Counted from the first letter of the stretch, positions 30,081-41,217 are shown. The stretch: DNA of 64,000 bases from an uncultured Candidatus Rokubacteria bacterium (GCA_963762145.1 CAVXJS010000019.1:288001-352000), one strand, 5' to 3'. Made by a program: numbers and translations. The notes: generated by a model not told the origin, from the sequence alone.

Positions 30081-31239
30081 GCGCTGGGGCCTCGTCGCGG
30101 GCGCGCTCGCGCTGGTGGTCGTGCTCCCGGTGCTCAACGCGCTGCCGCGCGGGGTCCCCGCTGCGCGTGTCCGACTTCACCCTGAATCTCTTCGGCAAGT
30201 TCCTGGCCTACGCGATCCTCGCGCTCGGTATCGATCTGATCTGGGGCTATACCGGAGTGCTCTCGCTGGGGCACGGCGTCTTCTTCGGGCTCGGAGCGTA
30301 CGCGATGGGTATGCACCTGATGCTGGAGATCGGGACCCGGAGCGTCTACGGCAACGTGCTGCCGGACTTCATGGTGTGGAACCAGGTGACCGAGCTGCCG
30401 CTGTTCTGGAAGCCGTTCTACAGCGGCGCGTTCACCCTCATCGCGGTGCTGGTGGTGCCCGCGCTCTTCGCCTACGTGTTCGGGTACCTCACCTTTCGCA
30501 GCCGCATCCGGGGCGTCTACTTCTCGATCATCACGCAGGCGCTCGCCCTCTCCACGTGGCTGCTCTTCAACCGCAACGCGATGAACCTGGGCGGCACCAA
30601 CGGCCTGAGCGGCTTCAAGAGCGTCTTCGGCTTCACGCTGAACAGCGCGGCCACCCAGCGCGGGCTCTACGTCGTCACCGCGGTGTGCCTCTGCGCCGCC
30701 TTCCTCCTGTGCCGGTGGATCACCCGCTCGCCGGCGGGGCGCGTGCTGATCGCCATCCGCGACAGCGAGAACCGCGTGCTCTTCTCCGGCTACTCGCCGG
30801 CCGCCTTCAAGGTCTTCGTGTTCGTGGTCTCGGCGGTGCTCGCCGGGGTGGCGGGCGCGCTCTACGTCCCGCAGGTCGGCATCATCACGCCGGCCAAGAT
30901 CGGCGTGCTGCCCGTCGATCGAGATGATCATCTGGGTGGCGGTGGGCGGGCGCGGAACGCTGCTCGGGGCCGGTGGTGGGCGCGCTCGGGGTGAACTGGC
31001 TGCAGAGCGTGCTGACGACGCACTATCCGGATCTCTGGCTGCTCGTGCTGGGGGGCCTGTTCGTGGCGGTGGTGCTGTTCTTCCCCGACGGCGTGGTCGG
31101 CACCGCGCAGAAGCTGATCGCCCGGATGTGCCCACCGACCAGGCAAGAAGCGGGCGTTCGGCCGAGCGGACGTCCCGATGAGGGCCAGAGGCCCGAAGAG
31201 GCCAAAGCGCAGGGCGAAGTACAGGTGCGAGCGCGCTGA
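30067..31239 (+). CDS. urtC: Urea ABC permease (frameshifted)
   Basis: [47 protein letters not shown]. Confidence 0.92.
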
Positions 31240-31242
31240 AAA

Positions 31243-32035
31243 ATGGCGTTCACCGCCGCGGCGCCCGAAGGCTCGATCATCTACCTCGAGAACGTCACCG
31301 TGGACTTCGACGGGTTCAAGGCGCTTCCACGACCTGAACTTCTTCATGGACTACCACGAGCTGCGGGTGGTGATCGGGCCCAACGGGGCGGGCAAGACGA
31401 CCCTCCTGGACGTGGTCTCGGGCAAGGTGCAGCCGGCGGCGGGCCGCGTGATCTTCGGCAAGCACACCGAGCTGGTCGGCCTCCGGGAGAACGAGATCGC
31501 CAGCCTCGGGATCGGACGGAAGTTCCAGACTCCGTCGATCTTCGCCAACCTGAGCGTGCGCGAGAACCTCGAGCTGTCGCTGGCCCGGCCGAGCAAGGGG
31601 GTGCTGGCCACCCTCAGGGCCCGCCTCGACGGGGATCAGCGTGGCCGGGTCGAGGAGACGCTCGTGACCATCGGCCTGGGCGGCCGTGGCGCGGAGCGGG
31701 CCGGCGGGCTCTCGCACGGCGAGAAGCAGTGGCTCGAGATCGGCATGGTCATCGTGCAGCAGGCCGCGCTCCTGCTCGTGGACGAGCCGGTGGCGGGGAT
31801 GACCGACGAGGAGACCGCACGCACCGCCGAGCTCTTGCTCTCGATCGCGCGGGATCGGGCCGTGCTCGTGATCGAGCACGACATGGAGTTCGTCCGGAGC
31901 CTGGCCCGGAAGGTGACCGTCCTGCACGAGGGCCGCGTGCTCTGCGAGGGCTCGGTGGACCAGGTGCAGCAGGACGAGCGGGTGCGCGAGGTGTACCTCG
32001 GCCGGAGCGGCTCGAAGCAGGCGGCGCATGCTTGA
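31243..32035 (+). CDS. urtD: Urea ABC ATP-binding protein (frameshifted)
   Basis: GPNGAGKTT, GRKFQTP, LSHGEKQWLEIGM, DEPVAGMT. Confidence 0.92.
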
Positions 32036-32733
32036 GGTGCGCGGGCTCAACGCGTTCTACGGCGAGAGCCAGGTGCTCTGGGACGTCTCGCTCGAGGTCC
32101 CGCCGGGCAGCGTGGTCTGCCTCATGGGGAGGAACGGGGTGGGCAAGACCACGCTGCTGAAGTCCATCATGGGGCTGCTGCCGGTTCGCTCGGGGCGGGT
32201 GAGCTTCGACGGGACCGACCTGGGCGGCCGGAGGCCGGAGGAGCGGGCCTCCTGCGGGATCGGCTACGTTCCTCAGGGGCGCGAGATCTTCCCGAACCTG
32301 ACGGTGCAGGAGAACCTGCGCATGGGCATGCTCGGCCGCGGGCGCGGCGGGAGCAACGGCCACGGTGACCCCCTCGAGCATGTCTTCGAGCTCTTTCCGA
32401 AGCTGAAGACGCTGCTCGGGCCGGAAGGGGGGCGTCCTCTCGGGCGGCGAGCAGCAGCAGCTCGCCATCGCGCGTGTGCTGCTCGCGCGCCCGAAGCTCC
32501 TCCTGATGGACGAGCCGACCGAGGGGATCCAGCCGTCGGTCATCGACCAAATCGAGGAAGCCATCGAGCGGATCAAGGGGCAGGGCATCGCGGTGCTCCT
32601 GGTCGAGCAGTACCTGGAGTTCGCGTGGCGACTGGCGTCCGCGTACGCGATCATGCGCAAGGGCACCATCGTGTCGAGGGGCGCGACGAAGGACCTCCGT
32701 GAGGATATGGTCAGGCAGCACCTGACGGTTTAA
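32028..32733 (+). CDS. urtE: Urea ABC ATP-binding protein (frameshifted)
   Basis: GRNGVGKTT, YVPQGREIFP, DEPTEGIQPS, LVEQYLEFA. Confidence 0.92.
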
Positions 32734-32742
32734 ACTCCCCCA

Positions 32743-33045
32743 ATGCACCTGACCCCCCGCGAGCAGGACAAGCTCCTCATCTTCACCGCCTCGGAGCTGG
32801 CTCGCCGCCGCCGGGCCCGCGGCCTCAAGCTGAACTATCCCGAAGCGCTCGCGCTCATCACCGCCGAGATCCTCGAAGGCATCCGCGACGGTCGCAGCGT
32901 GTCCGATCTCATGGCCTTCGGTATCACCATCCTGAACCGCGCCGACGTGATGGAGGGCGTGCCCGAGATGCTCGAAGAGGTCCAGGTCGAGGGCACGTTC
33001 CCCGACGGGACGAAGCTTGTGACCGTTCACCACCCGATCCGGTGA
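32743..33045 (+). CDS. ureA: Urease gamma subunit
   Basis: [32 protein letters not shown]. Confidence 0.97.
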   Translation: MHLTPREQDKLLIFTASELARRRRARGLKLNYPEALALITAEILEGIRDGRSVSDLMAFGITILNRADVMEGVPEMLEEVQVEGTFPDGTKLVTVHHPIR

Positions 33046-33072
33046 TGGCTGACGTACCCGCACCTCTATTAA

Positions 33073-33140
33073 ATGCGGGGGCCCAGCCGCGCGAAGCGCG
33101 GCAATGGGGGAGTGCGGGGGCCATTTCTGGGCCCCCGCAT
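33073..33140. repeat. Dispersed palindromic repeat, copy 2 (MITE/REP-like, 14-bp terminal inverted repeats)
   Basis: ATGCGGGGGCCCAG...CTGGGCCCCCGCAT; 33085-33140 matches 9690-9745. Confidence 0.88.
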
Positions 33141-33187
33141 ACAAAAGAAGAGCGGGCTGCGCCTTCCACCCAAACGAGCGTGCGGAC

Positions 33188-33559
33188 ATGATCCCTGGGG
33201 AATACCTGCTGGCAGACGGTGACATCGACGCCAACGTGGGTCGACGGACGCTCCAGCTCACGGTGGCGAACACGGCGGACCGGCCGATCCAGGTGGGGTC
33301 GCATTTCCACTTCTTCGAGGCGAACCGGGGGCTGCGGTTCGATCGCGAGCAGGCCTTCGGGATGCGGCTCAACGTGCCGGCCGGGACCGCGGTGCGGTTC
33401 GAGCCTGGAGACGAGAAGGTGGTGACGCTGGTGGAGCTGGGCGGCGCGCGAGAGGTCTACGGGCTCAACGCGCTCACCGATGGATCCGCGGGCGCGCCGG
33501 GCCGCGCCGCGAGCGTGCAGCGCGCGCGGGCGGGCGGGTTCCTCGGAGGCGGCTCGTGA
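33188..33559 (+). CDS. ureB: Urease beta subunit
   Basis: [32 protein letters not shown]. Confidence 0.96.
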   Translation: MIPGEYLLADGDIDANVGRRTLQLTVANTADRPIQVGSHFHFFEANRGLRFDREQAFGMRLNVPAGTAVRFEPGDEKVVTLVELGGAREVYGLNALTDGSAGAPGRAASVQRARAGGFLGGGS

Positions 33560-35271
33560 GCCTGCGGCTCCCGCGGCGGCAGTACGCCGACCTCTACGGT
33601 CCCACCGTCGGCGACCGGGTTCGGCTCGCGGACACGGATCTGCTGATCGAGGTCGAGCGCGACTTCACCTCCTACGGGGACGAGGTGAAGTTCGGCGGCG
33701 GCAAGGTCATTCGCGACGGCATGGGCCAGTCGGCTCGGGCCACCGCGGGCGAGGGGGTGCTGGACCTGGTGATCACCAACGCCCTGATCCTCGATCACTG
33801 GGGCATCGTGAAGGCGGACATCGGCATCCGGGCCGGACGCATCGTGGCCGTCGGCAAGGCGGGCAACCCGGACATCATGGCGGGCGTGACCGCGGGGATG
33901 GTGATCGGCGCCTCCACCGAGGTGATCGCGGGCGAGGGGCGGATCGTCACCGCGGGCGGCATCGACAGCCACATCCACTTCATCTGCCCGCAGCTCGTGG
34001 ACGAGGCCCTCTCGGCCGGGCTGACCACGCTGATCGGCGGCGGCACCGGCCCCGCCACCGGCACCGCGGCCACCACCTGCGCGCCGGGAGCCTGGAACAT
34101 CCACCGCATGCTGGAGGCCGCGGAGGCCTTCCCGATCAACCTGGGCTTCCTCGCCAAGGGCAACGCGTCGCGGGCCGAGCCGCTGCGAGAGCAGGTCGAG
34201 GCCGGGGCGATCGGCCTCAAGCTCCACGAGGACTGGGGGACGACGCCCGCGGCCATCGACGCGGCGCTCTCGGTGGCGGAGGAGATGGACATCCAGGTCG
34301 CGATCCACACCGATACGCTCAACGAGGCGGGCTTCGTCGAGGACTCCATCCGCGCGTTCAAGGGCCGGACGATCCACACCTATCACACGGAGGGGGCGGG
34401 CGGGGGACACGCCCCCGACATCATCCGGGTGGTCGGCGAGGCCAACTGCCTGCCTTCCTCGACGAACCCCACGATGCCGTTCACGGTGAACACCATGGAC
34501 GAGCACCTGGACATGCTGATGGTGTGCCATCACCTGAACGCGAAGATCCCGGAGGACCTGGCCTTCGCGGAGTCGCGCATCCGGGCCGAGACCATCGCGG
34601 CGGAGGACGTGCTGCACGACCTGGGCGCGATCAGCATGCTGTCCTCCGACTCCCAGGCGATGGGCCGGATCGCGGAGGTCATCTCGCGGACCTGGCAGAC
34701 CGCCCACAAGATGAAGACGCAGCGCGGGGCGCTCCCCGGCGACGGCCGGCACGACAACGCGCGCGCCAAGCGCTACGTGGCGAAGTACACGATCAACCCC
34801 GCCATCGCCCACGGCATCGCGCACGAGGTGGGCTCGATCGAGCGGGGCAAGCTGGCCGACCTCGTGATCTGGAAGCCCGCGTTCTTCGGCGTCAAGCCCG
34901 AGCTGGTGCTCAAGGGCGGCCTGATCGCGGTGGCCGCCATGGGCGATCCCAACGCGTCCATCCCCACGCCCCAGCCGGTGCGCTACCGGCCGATGTTCGG
35001 CTCCTACGGCGCCGCGGTGTCGTCCACCTCGCTGACCTTCCTGTCGCGCGCCGCCGCCGAGGACGGCGTGGCGAGCCGGCTCGGCTTGCGAAAGGCCACC
35101 GCCACCGTGCGCGGGTGCCGGGGGCTCACGAAGGCCGCGATGATCAACAACAGCTACCTCCCGCGCGTCGAGGTCGACCCGGAGACCTACGAGGTGCGGG
35201 CCGACGGCCAGGCGCTCACGTGCGAGCCCGCGCGCGTCCTGCCGATGGCGCAGCGCTACTTCCTGTTCTAG
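33556..35271 (+). CDS. ureC: Urease alpha subunit
   Basis: [43 protein letters not shown]. Confidence 0.98.
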   Translation: MSLRLPRRQYADLYGPTVGDRVRLADTDLLIEVERDFTSYGDEVKFGGGKVIRDGMGQSARATAGEGVLDLVITNALILDHWGIVKADIGIRAGRIVAVGKAGNPDIMAGVTAGMVIGASTEVIAGEGRIVTAGGIDSHIHFICPQLVDEALSAGLTTLIGGGTGPATGTAATTCAPGAWNIHRMLEAAEAFPINLGFLAKGNASRAEPLREQVEAGAIGLKLHEDWGTTPAAIDAALSVAEEMDIQVAIHTDTLNEAGFVEDSIRAFKGRTIHTYHTEGAGGGHAPDIIRVVGEANCLPSSTNPTMPFTVNTMDEHLDMLMVCHHLNAKIPEDLAFAESRIRAETIAAEDVLHDLGAISMLSSDSQAMGRIAEVISRTWQTAHKMKTQRGALPGDGRHDNARAKRYVAKYTINPAIAHGIAHEVGSIERGKLADLVIWKPAFFGVKPELVLKGGLIAVAAMGDPNASIPTPQPVRYRPMFGSYGAAVSSTSLTFLSRAAAEDGVASRLGLRKATATVRGCRGLTKAAMINNSYLPRVEVDPETYEVRADGQALTCEPARVLPMAQRYFLF

Positions 35272-35275
35272 TGCC

Positions 35276-35728
35276 ATGCGGGTGATCACCGAGGCGCCGG
35301 CTCCGGTGGACGCGGGGGCGCTGGCAGGCCGGACGCGCGATACGCTCCGGCTGACCTGGGAGGAGCGGCGCTGGACGCGCAAGAAGGTCGTGACCACCGC
35401 GGGCCGTGAGGTCGCGCTGGCGCTGCCGACCGGGACCGTGCTCGAGCCCGGCGACGTCCTGGCGGTGGAGGAGCAGTGGTACCTGATCGTCGAGCCGCGG
35501 CCGGAGCCGGTGCTCGCGCTCTTCCCCGAGAGCTACGAGGCGGCGGTGCGGATCGCGTTCGACGTGGGCAATCGCCACTTCTCCCTGGGCGGTGACGAGG
35601 ACATCCTGCTGGTCCCCGACGACACCGCGATGGAGGACCTGGTGCGGCGGCTCGGGGTGCGCTGGGAGCGCCGGGAGGCCGTGTTCTCGCCGGTCGACGC
35701 GGCGGCGCGAGACGGCGGCGATGGCTGA
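35276..35728 (+). CDS. ureE: Urease accessory protein
   Basis: LEPGDVL, VGNRH Ni-binding motif; no His-rich tail. Confidence 0.85.
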   Translation: MRVITEAPAPVDAGALAGRTRDTLRLTWEERRWTRKKVVTTAGREVALALPTGTVLEPGDVLAVEEQWYLIVEPRPEPVLALFPESYEAAVRIAFDVGNRHFSLGGDEDILLVPDDTAMEDLVRRLGVRWERREAVFSPVDAAARDGGDG

Positions 35729-36410
35729 TCCCCGGCTGGTCTCGCTGCTCCACTTCGCCGACAGCGCCTTCCCGACCGGCGGCTACGCGCATTCGTTCGG
35801 GCTCGAGCACTACTGCCAGGCCGGCATCGTACGGGACCGGGATGGGCTCGAGCGCTTCCTGCTGACCCAGCTCGAGGGCGCGGCGGGGCCCTGCGATGCC
35901 ACCGCGGCCGCGGGGGCGCTGCGGGCTCTCGGTCGCGGCGATCTCGAGGCGTGCCGGCGCCTGGACGAGGCCCTCGAGGCCATGAAGGTCGTGAAGGAGT
36001 TCCGCGAGGGCAGCCGGCAGATGGGGCGGCAGACCCTTCGCGTCGCGGCGAGCCTCATCGGCGAGCCCCGCCTGGGCGAATATCTCGAGGAGGTCAACGC
36101 GCAGCGCGCCCCCGGCCACCACGCGGTGGCTTTCGGCATGGTCGCGGGCGCGCTGGGCTGGGAGGCCGAGACGGCGGTGACCGCGTTCCTGTACTCGACC
36201 ACCGCGCTGCTGGTGGGCGCGGCGCTGCGCCTGCTTCCGATGGGCCAGCTCGAAGGGCAGGCCGTCCTCTGGACTCTCCATCCCGTGATCGAGCGGGTGG
36301 CGCGCGAGGCGGCCGAGCGTCCGCCCGCCGATCTCTGGAGCTTCACGCCCGGGCTCGACATCCAGGGCATGCTCCACGAGCGCCTCGACGCGCGCCTGTT
36401 CCGCTCATGA
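35721..36410 (+). CDS. ureF: Urease accessory protein
   Basis: [17 protein letters not shown]-terminal [11 protein letters not shown]. Confidence 0.93.
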   Translation: MADPRLVSLLHFADSAFPTGGYAHSFGLEHYCQAGIVRDRDGLERFLLTQLEGAAGPCDATAAAGALRALGRGDLEACRRLDEALEAMKVVKEFREGSRQMGRQTLRVAASLIGEPRLGEYLEEVNAQRAPGHHAVAFGMVAGALGWEAETAVTAFLYSTTALLVGAALRLLPMGQLEGQAVLWTLHPVIERVAREAAERPPADLWSFTPGLDIQGMLHERLDARLFRS

Positions 36411-37024
36411 CCGGGCTGCCGCGGCCGCTCAAGATCGGCATCGGGGGGCCGGTGGGCTCCGGCAAGACCGCGCTCGTCGAGACCCTGTCGCTCCGTCTGC
36501 GGGATCGCTTCGACATGGCGGTGATCACCAACGACATCTACACGCAGGAGGACGCGCAGTTTCTCATCCGGCGGGGCGCCTTGCCCGCCGAGCGGGTCGT
36601 GGGCGTGGAGACCGGCGGCTGCCCGCACACCGCCATCCGGGAGGACGCCTCCGTGAATCTGGAGGCGGTGCACGGATTGATGGGGCGCTTCCCGGGGCTC
36701 GAGCTGCTCTTCGTGGAGAGCGGAGGGGACAACCTGGCCGCGACCTTCAGCCCGGAGCTGGTGGACGCCACGATCTACGTGATCGACGTGGCCCAGGGGG
36801 AGAAGATCCCTCGCAAGGGAGGGCCGGGCATCATGCGCTCCGACCTCCTGGTGATCAACAAGATCGACCTCGCGCCGCACGTCGGCGCCGATCTCGGGGT
36901 GATGGAGCGCGACGCCAAGCGCATGCGAGGAGAACGCCCGTTTGTCTTCACCAATCTCCGGGAGGGCACCGGCGTCGACGCCGTGGTCTCCTGGATCCGA
37001 CGCGACCTCCTCTTCGAGCCCTGA
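36407..37024 (+). CDS. ureG: Urease accessory GTPase
   Basis: [27 protein letters not shown]. Confidence 0.96.
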   Translation: MTGLPRPLKIGIGGPVGSGKTALVETLSLRLRDRFDMAVITNDIYTQEDAQFLIRRGALPAERVVGVETGGCPHTAIREDASVNLEAVHGLMGRFPGLELLFVESGGDNLAATFSPELVDATIYVIDVAQGEKIPRKGGPGIMRSDLLVINKIDLAPHVGADLGVMERDAKRMRGERPFVFTNLREGTGVDAVVSWIRRDLLFEP

Positions 37025-37872
37025 GCCGCGGCCCGCGCCGGGCCGCACCGGGCGGGACGGCCGCCTCCGCCTGGCCTTCGAGGCCCGGGGCGGGCGCACC
37101 GTGCTCACGGAGCGGCGCTTCACGCTGCCGCTGCAGGCGCTCGAGCCGATGGACCTCGACGGGGACGCCGTCGCCACGCTGCTGCTGCTGAACCCGACGG
37201 GCGGGTTGCTGGCGGGCGATCGCCTCGAGACCGAGATCGCGCTCGGGTCCGGGAAGCCGCGTCTGCCTGTCCACGCCCTCCGCCACGCGGGTCTACCGCA
37301 GCCCGGGGCCCGTCGCCGTCCAGCGGGTCACCATGGACGTGGGGGCCGGCGCGACGCTCGAATGGCTGCCCGATCACGTGATCCCGTCGCCGGGAGCGCG
37401 GCTCCGGCAGACGACCGAGATCCGGCTGGCCGCGGACGCCACGCTGCTGTATCTCGACGCGTGGGCGACGGGGCGCGCGGCGCGCGGGGAGGCCTGGGGC
37501 TTCGACCTGCTGGACAGCAGCCTTCTCGTTCGCGACGAGGTGGGGCCGCTGCTCCGGGAGCGCTCGACCCTGACCGGACGTCCGCCCCGGGACGGGCTGG
37601 GAGGCACCGAGGGCTTCGCCTACGTGGCGACGTTCGTTGCCCTTCGGCCGGCGGGTCAGGGCTGGGACGAGCTCGTCGGGGCACTTCAGGGGGCGGTCCG
37701 CGTCGCGCGTGATGATGGACGAGCGGGCGTGACCATGCTCGGCCGCGGCGGAGTGCTGGCCCGCCTCCTCTATCCGTCGGCGCCCGCGCTCCATGCCGCC
37801 GTGCAGGCGTTGTGGGCCACGTGCCGGCGCCGGCTGCTCGGACTTCCGCCGGCGCGCCTGCGAAAGCTCTAG
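37021..37872 (+). CDS. ureD: Urease accessory protein UreD/UreH (start uncertain, one frameshift)
   Basis: [32 protein letters not shown]. Confidence 0.85.
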
Positions 37873-37929
37873 GCTGCTATACGAACTTCGCATCAGGCCG
37901 GCGCGCGTGTCAGGTCGGCCGGGAGGGCC

Positions 37930-38127
37930 ATGATGGCTGAGAGTCCGACACCCGAGGAGCTGGGCGCGTACGTGGACGAGACGGCGAAGCGGGTCGGCCT
38001 GCCCATCGCGCCCGAGCACCGGCCGGGGGTGATCCAGTTCACCGGGATTCTCCTCGTTCACGCCGCGCTCGTGATGGAGTTCTCGCTGCCCGACGACGTG
38101 GAGCCCGCGCCGGTGTTCCGGCCATGA
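37930..38127 (+). CDS. DUF4089/AtzG-like small amidase partner
   Basis: GLPIAPEHRPGV...EPAPVFRP; ATGA-coupled to the amidase. Confidence 0.8.
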   Translation: MMAESPTPEELGAYVDETAKRVGLPIAPEHRPGVIQFTGILLVHAALVMEFSLPDDVEPAPVFRP

Positions 38128-39533
38128 GCGTCGCGATGTCGCGCGCCGACTACGTCGCCTCCGACGGCGTCGGCCTGATCGCCGCGATCCGGGCCCGCCG
38201 GGTCAGCGCCCGCTCGGTGACGGAGGCGGCCCTCGCCCAGGTCGCGACCCGTGGTGCCGCGATCAACGCGTTCACCACCGTGCTGGCCGAGCAGGCGCGG
38301 GGAGACGCGGACCGGGTGGACGCGGCGCTGGCCGCGGGCGGCGACCCGGGGCCGCTGGCCGGGCTGCCCTTCGCGGTCAAGAATCTCTTCGACGTGGCCG
38401 GCATCACCACGCTCGCGGGATCCAAGATCAACCGGGACCGGCCGCCCGCCGCGCGCGACGCGCACGCGGTGGCGGCGCTCCGGGGCGCCGGAGCGGTGCT
38501 GGTGGGCGCGCTCAACATGGACGAGTACGCCTACGGCTTCACCGGCGAGAACGCGCACTACGGGCCGGTGCGGAACCCCCACGATCCGACGCGCGTCGCG
38601 GGCGGCTCCTCGGGCGGCTCGGGCGCGGCGGTCGCGGGCGGGCTCGTCCCGCTCGCCCTGGGGTCGGACACCAACGGCTCGGTGCGCGTTCCCGCGGCGC
38701 TCTGCGGCGCCTTCGGACTCAAGCCGACCTACGGGCGCGTGTCCCGGGCGGGCACCGCGCTCTTCGCGAGCAGCTTCGATCACGTGGGGGCGCTCGGCCG
38801 CTCGGTGCGCGACGTCACCGCCGCGTTCGACGTCATGCAGGGACCGGATCCGGACGATCCGGTCTGCTCCAGCCGGCCCGCGGAGCCGTGTCTGTCGATG
38901 CTGGGCGACGGCGTGGAGGGGCTGCGGATCGCGGTGCTCGATGGCCACTTCGCCCGTGGCGGCGAGCCGGAGGCCTTCGCGGCGGTCGCCAAGGTGGCGG
39001 CGGAGCTCGGCGTCTCCCGACGGGTCACGATTCCGGAAGCACACCGGGCGCGGGCCGCGGCCATGGTCATCACCGCCTCGGAGGGCGCGAACGTCCACCT
39101 GGCCGACCTCAGGCGTCGGCCGCAGGACTTCGACCCGCTCACCCGGGATCGCTTCCTGGCGGGCGCGCTGGTGCCGGCCGCCGTCTACGTTCAGGCGCAG
39201 CGATTCCGCGCCTGGTACCGGGCCCGCGTCGCCGAGCTCTTCCGCGAGGTGGACGTCCTGCTGGCGCCGACCACGCCGTGTCCGGCTCCGCCTATCGGCC
39301 AGGAGTGCGTCCTCCTGGACGGCGTCGAGGTCATGGTCAGACCCAACCTCGGGGTCTACACCCAGCCCCTGTCCTTCATCGGTCTCCCGGTGCTCTCGGT
39401 TCCGGTCGCCACGCCCGGGCCGATACCGCTGGGCGTGCAGCTGATCGGCGCGCCCTTCCGGGAGGCGCACGTGCTCCGGGTCGGCGCGCTTCTCGAGGCG
39501 AAGGGCGTGGCGGCGGCCGTGGTGACGGCCTGA
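38124..39533 (+). CDS. AtzE-family amidase (1-carboxybiuret hydrolase-like)
   Basis: FAVKNLFD, NMDEYAYGF, GGSSGGS, GSDTNGSVR amidase signature; TQPLSFIGLP. Confidence 0.88.
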   Translation: MSVAMSRADYVASDGVGLIAAIRARRVSARSVTEAALAQVATRGAAINAFTTVLAEQARGDADRVDAALAAGGDPGPLAGLPFAVKNLFDVAGITTLAGSKINRDRPPAARDAHAVAALRGAGAVLVGALNMDEYAYGFTGENAHYGPVRNPHDPTRVAGGSSGGSGAAVAGGLVPLALGSDTNGSVRVPAALCGAFGLKPTYGRVSRAGTALFASSFDHVGALGRSVRDVTAAFDVMQGPDPDDPVCSSRPAEPCLSMLGDGVEGLRIAVLDGHFARGGEPEAFAAVAKVAAELGVSRRVTIPEAHRARAAAMVITASEGANVHLADLRRRPQDFDPLTRDRFLAGALVPAAVYVQAQRFRAWYRARVAELFREVDVLLAPTTPCPAPPIGQECVLLDGVEVMVRPNLGVYTQPLSFIGLPVLSVPVATPGPIPLGVQLIGAPFREAHVLRVGALLEAKGVAAAVVTA

Positions 39534-39697
39534 TGCGCCTCGACGATCTCTAGCCCCGATCTCTAACCCCGAAGATCTCTATTGGACACGACGCCATCAC
39601 CGCGTTTCGCCCACGCGCGGCCGAATATCGATCTGCGCCGGACTCTCGCGAACACGGTGCTCATGCTGCGACGACTTCGCGACGTGTCGTTTCTTCC

Positions 39698-39811
39698 TGC
39701 CCAGCATTGAGGCTCGTGATTATGCCGTGAGCAATCCAGGCGGCCCTTCCGCTCGACGTTCCGGCTAAGCCCTTGATTTCCTATCCGACGGATCCGGGCA
39801 CAGCCCTTGCT
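39698..39811 (+). promoter_or_regulatory. Promoter of the HTH-only gene: enhancer boxes, IHF site, sigma54 promoter
   Basis: TGCCCAGCATTGAGGCT (39698), TGATTATGCCGTGAGCA (39717); reverse AATCAAGGGCTTA matches the IHF consensus (39766-39778); GGGCACAGCCCTTGCT (39796). Confidence 0.78.
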
Positions 39812-39824
39812 GCGCTGAAGCGGC

Positions 39825-40115
39825 ATGAGCGTGGGGCGAGGGACCGAAAGCTTCGACGAGCTCGTGAGCGCCGCCCTGCCATCGCTCGTGAGCGAAGCGG
39901 CGGCGGTAGACGGAGGGCGGCTCTACCGGAGCGTGATGGCCCGGGTGGAGCTGCCGCTGCTCCGCCATGCGCTCGAGCTCTGCGGCGGCAATCAGCTCAA
40001 GGCCGCGAAGCTGCTCGGGATCAACCGGAACACCCTGCGCAAGCGTCTGCGACTGCTTGGCCTCCTGCCGGTCACGGGCTCGAACGGAGCGAAGGCGAGC
40101 GCGCGGTCGGCCTAG
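39825..40115 (+). CDS. Stand-alone Fis/NtrC-type HTH protein
   Basis: LYRSVMARVELPLLRHALELCGGNQLKAAKLLGINRNTLRKRL. Confidence 0.88.
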   Translation: MSVGRGTESFDELVSAALPSLVSEAAAVDGGRLYRSVMARVELPLLRHALELCGGNQLKAAKLLGINRNTLRKRLRLLGLLPVTGSNGAKASARSA

Positions 40116-40160
40116 GAAGCTTTACGCCCTTGGCGGGGCCGGGGTAGACTTCGCCTCAGA

Positions 40161-41204
40161 GTGCGCCCGCGAGCCGTCAGCATCGCCTCCTCGCTCCTCC
40201 TCCTGGTCGCCTGCGCGAGCGCCGGGACGGAGACGCTCCCGGGGTATCCACCCCATCACGTGGCCGCCGGCGGATTCCGGAATCTGGATCCGGCCTTCTC
40301 TCGACCGTCCGCCTGGACCCGCTGGACCTTCATCGCGGGCCGGATGTGGGACGGCCTGGTCTCGCCCCGCAGCTTCGAGGCCCCCCGTGTCGCCAACGAC
40401 GGCGTCGCACTGCGGGCGACCCCGGTTCCGCGCAGCATCACGTGGGTCGGACACGCCACGGTCCTGGTCCAGGTGGACGGCGTCAGCATCCTCACGGATC
40501 CCAACTGGAGCAACCGGGCGGGGCCGACCTCGTTCATCGGAGCCCGGCGGCTGAACGCGCCGGGGCTCGCGTTCGAGGCCCTGCCGCGGATCGACGTGGT
40601 GACGATCTCGCACGATCACTACGACCATCTCGACCTGCCGACCGTGAAGCGCCTCGCCGCGACCCACGACCCGGTCTTCGTGGTGCCGCTCGGCCTGAAA
40701 GCCTGGTTCGCGGACAACGGCATGCCCCGCGTGGTGGAGCTCGACTGGTGGCAGGAGCACGAGCACCGCGGCGTGCGCTTCGTGTGCACCCCGGCCCAGC
40801 ACTTCACCCAGCGCACGCTCTGGGACGCCAACCGGCGCCTGTGGGCCTCGTGGGCCGTCCTGGGACGGGAGCGGCGCTTTTACCACGGAGGGGACACCGG
40901 CTACTTCGACGGCTTCAAGGAGATCGGGCAGCGGCTCGGCCCCTTCGACGTGGTGGCGCTGCCGATCGGCGCGTACTTACCGCCCGAGATCATGAAGTGG
41001 GTGCATACCACGCCCGAGCAGGCGGTGCAGGCGTTCGTGGATCTCGACGCGCGCACGATGCTCGGCATGCACTGGGGCACGTTCGACCTGGCCGACGAGC
41101 CGCTCGACGAGCCGCCCGCGCGCATGCTCGCCGACGTCGACCGTCGCGGGATCGATCCGGCCCGCGCCTGGGTTTTCAAGATCGGGGAGACCCGCGCCTG
41201 GTGA
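40161..41204 (+). CDS. MBL-fold metallohydrolase (NAPE-PLD/RomA-like), probable lipoprotein
   Basis: LLLVAC lipobox; TWVGHAT, ISHDHYDHLD, PAQH, GDTGY, MHWGTF. Confidence 0.88.
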   Translation: MRPRAVSIASSLLLLVACASAGTETLPGYPPHHVAAGGFRNLDPAFSRPSAWTRWTFIAGRMWDGLVSPRSFEAPRVANDGVALRATPVPRSITWVGHATVLVQVDGVSILTDPNWSNRAGPTSFIGARRLNAPGLAFEALPRIDVVTISHDHYDHLDLPTVKRLAATHDPVFVVPLGLKAWFADNGMPRVVELDWWQEHEHRGVRFVCTPAQHFTQRTLWDANRRLWASWAVLGRERRFYHGGDTGYFDGFKEIGQRLGPFDVVALPIGAYLPPEIMKWVHTTPEQAVQAFVDLDARTMLGMHWGTFDLADEPLDEPPARMLADVDRRGIDPARAWVFKIGETRAW

Positions 41205-41217
41205 GGGCGCCCGGTCG

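Noticed and set aside
33104-33187. N-terminal extension of UreB ([12 protein letters not shown])
   Set aside because: It is a translation of the palindromic repeat, and the same peptide appears at 9709; the real start is 33188.
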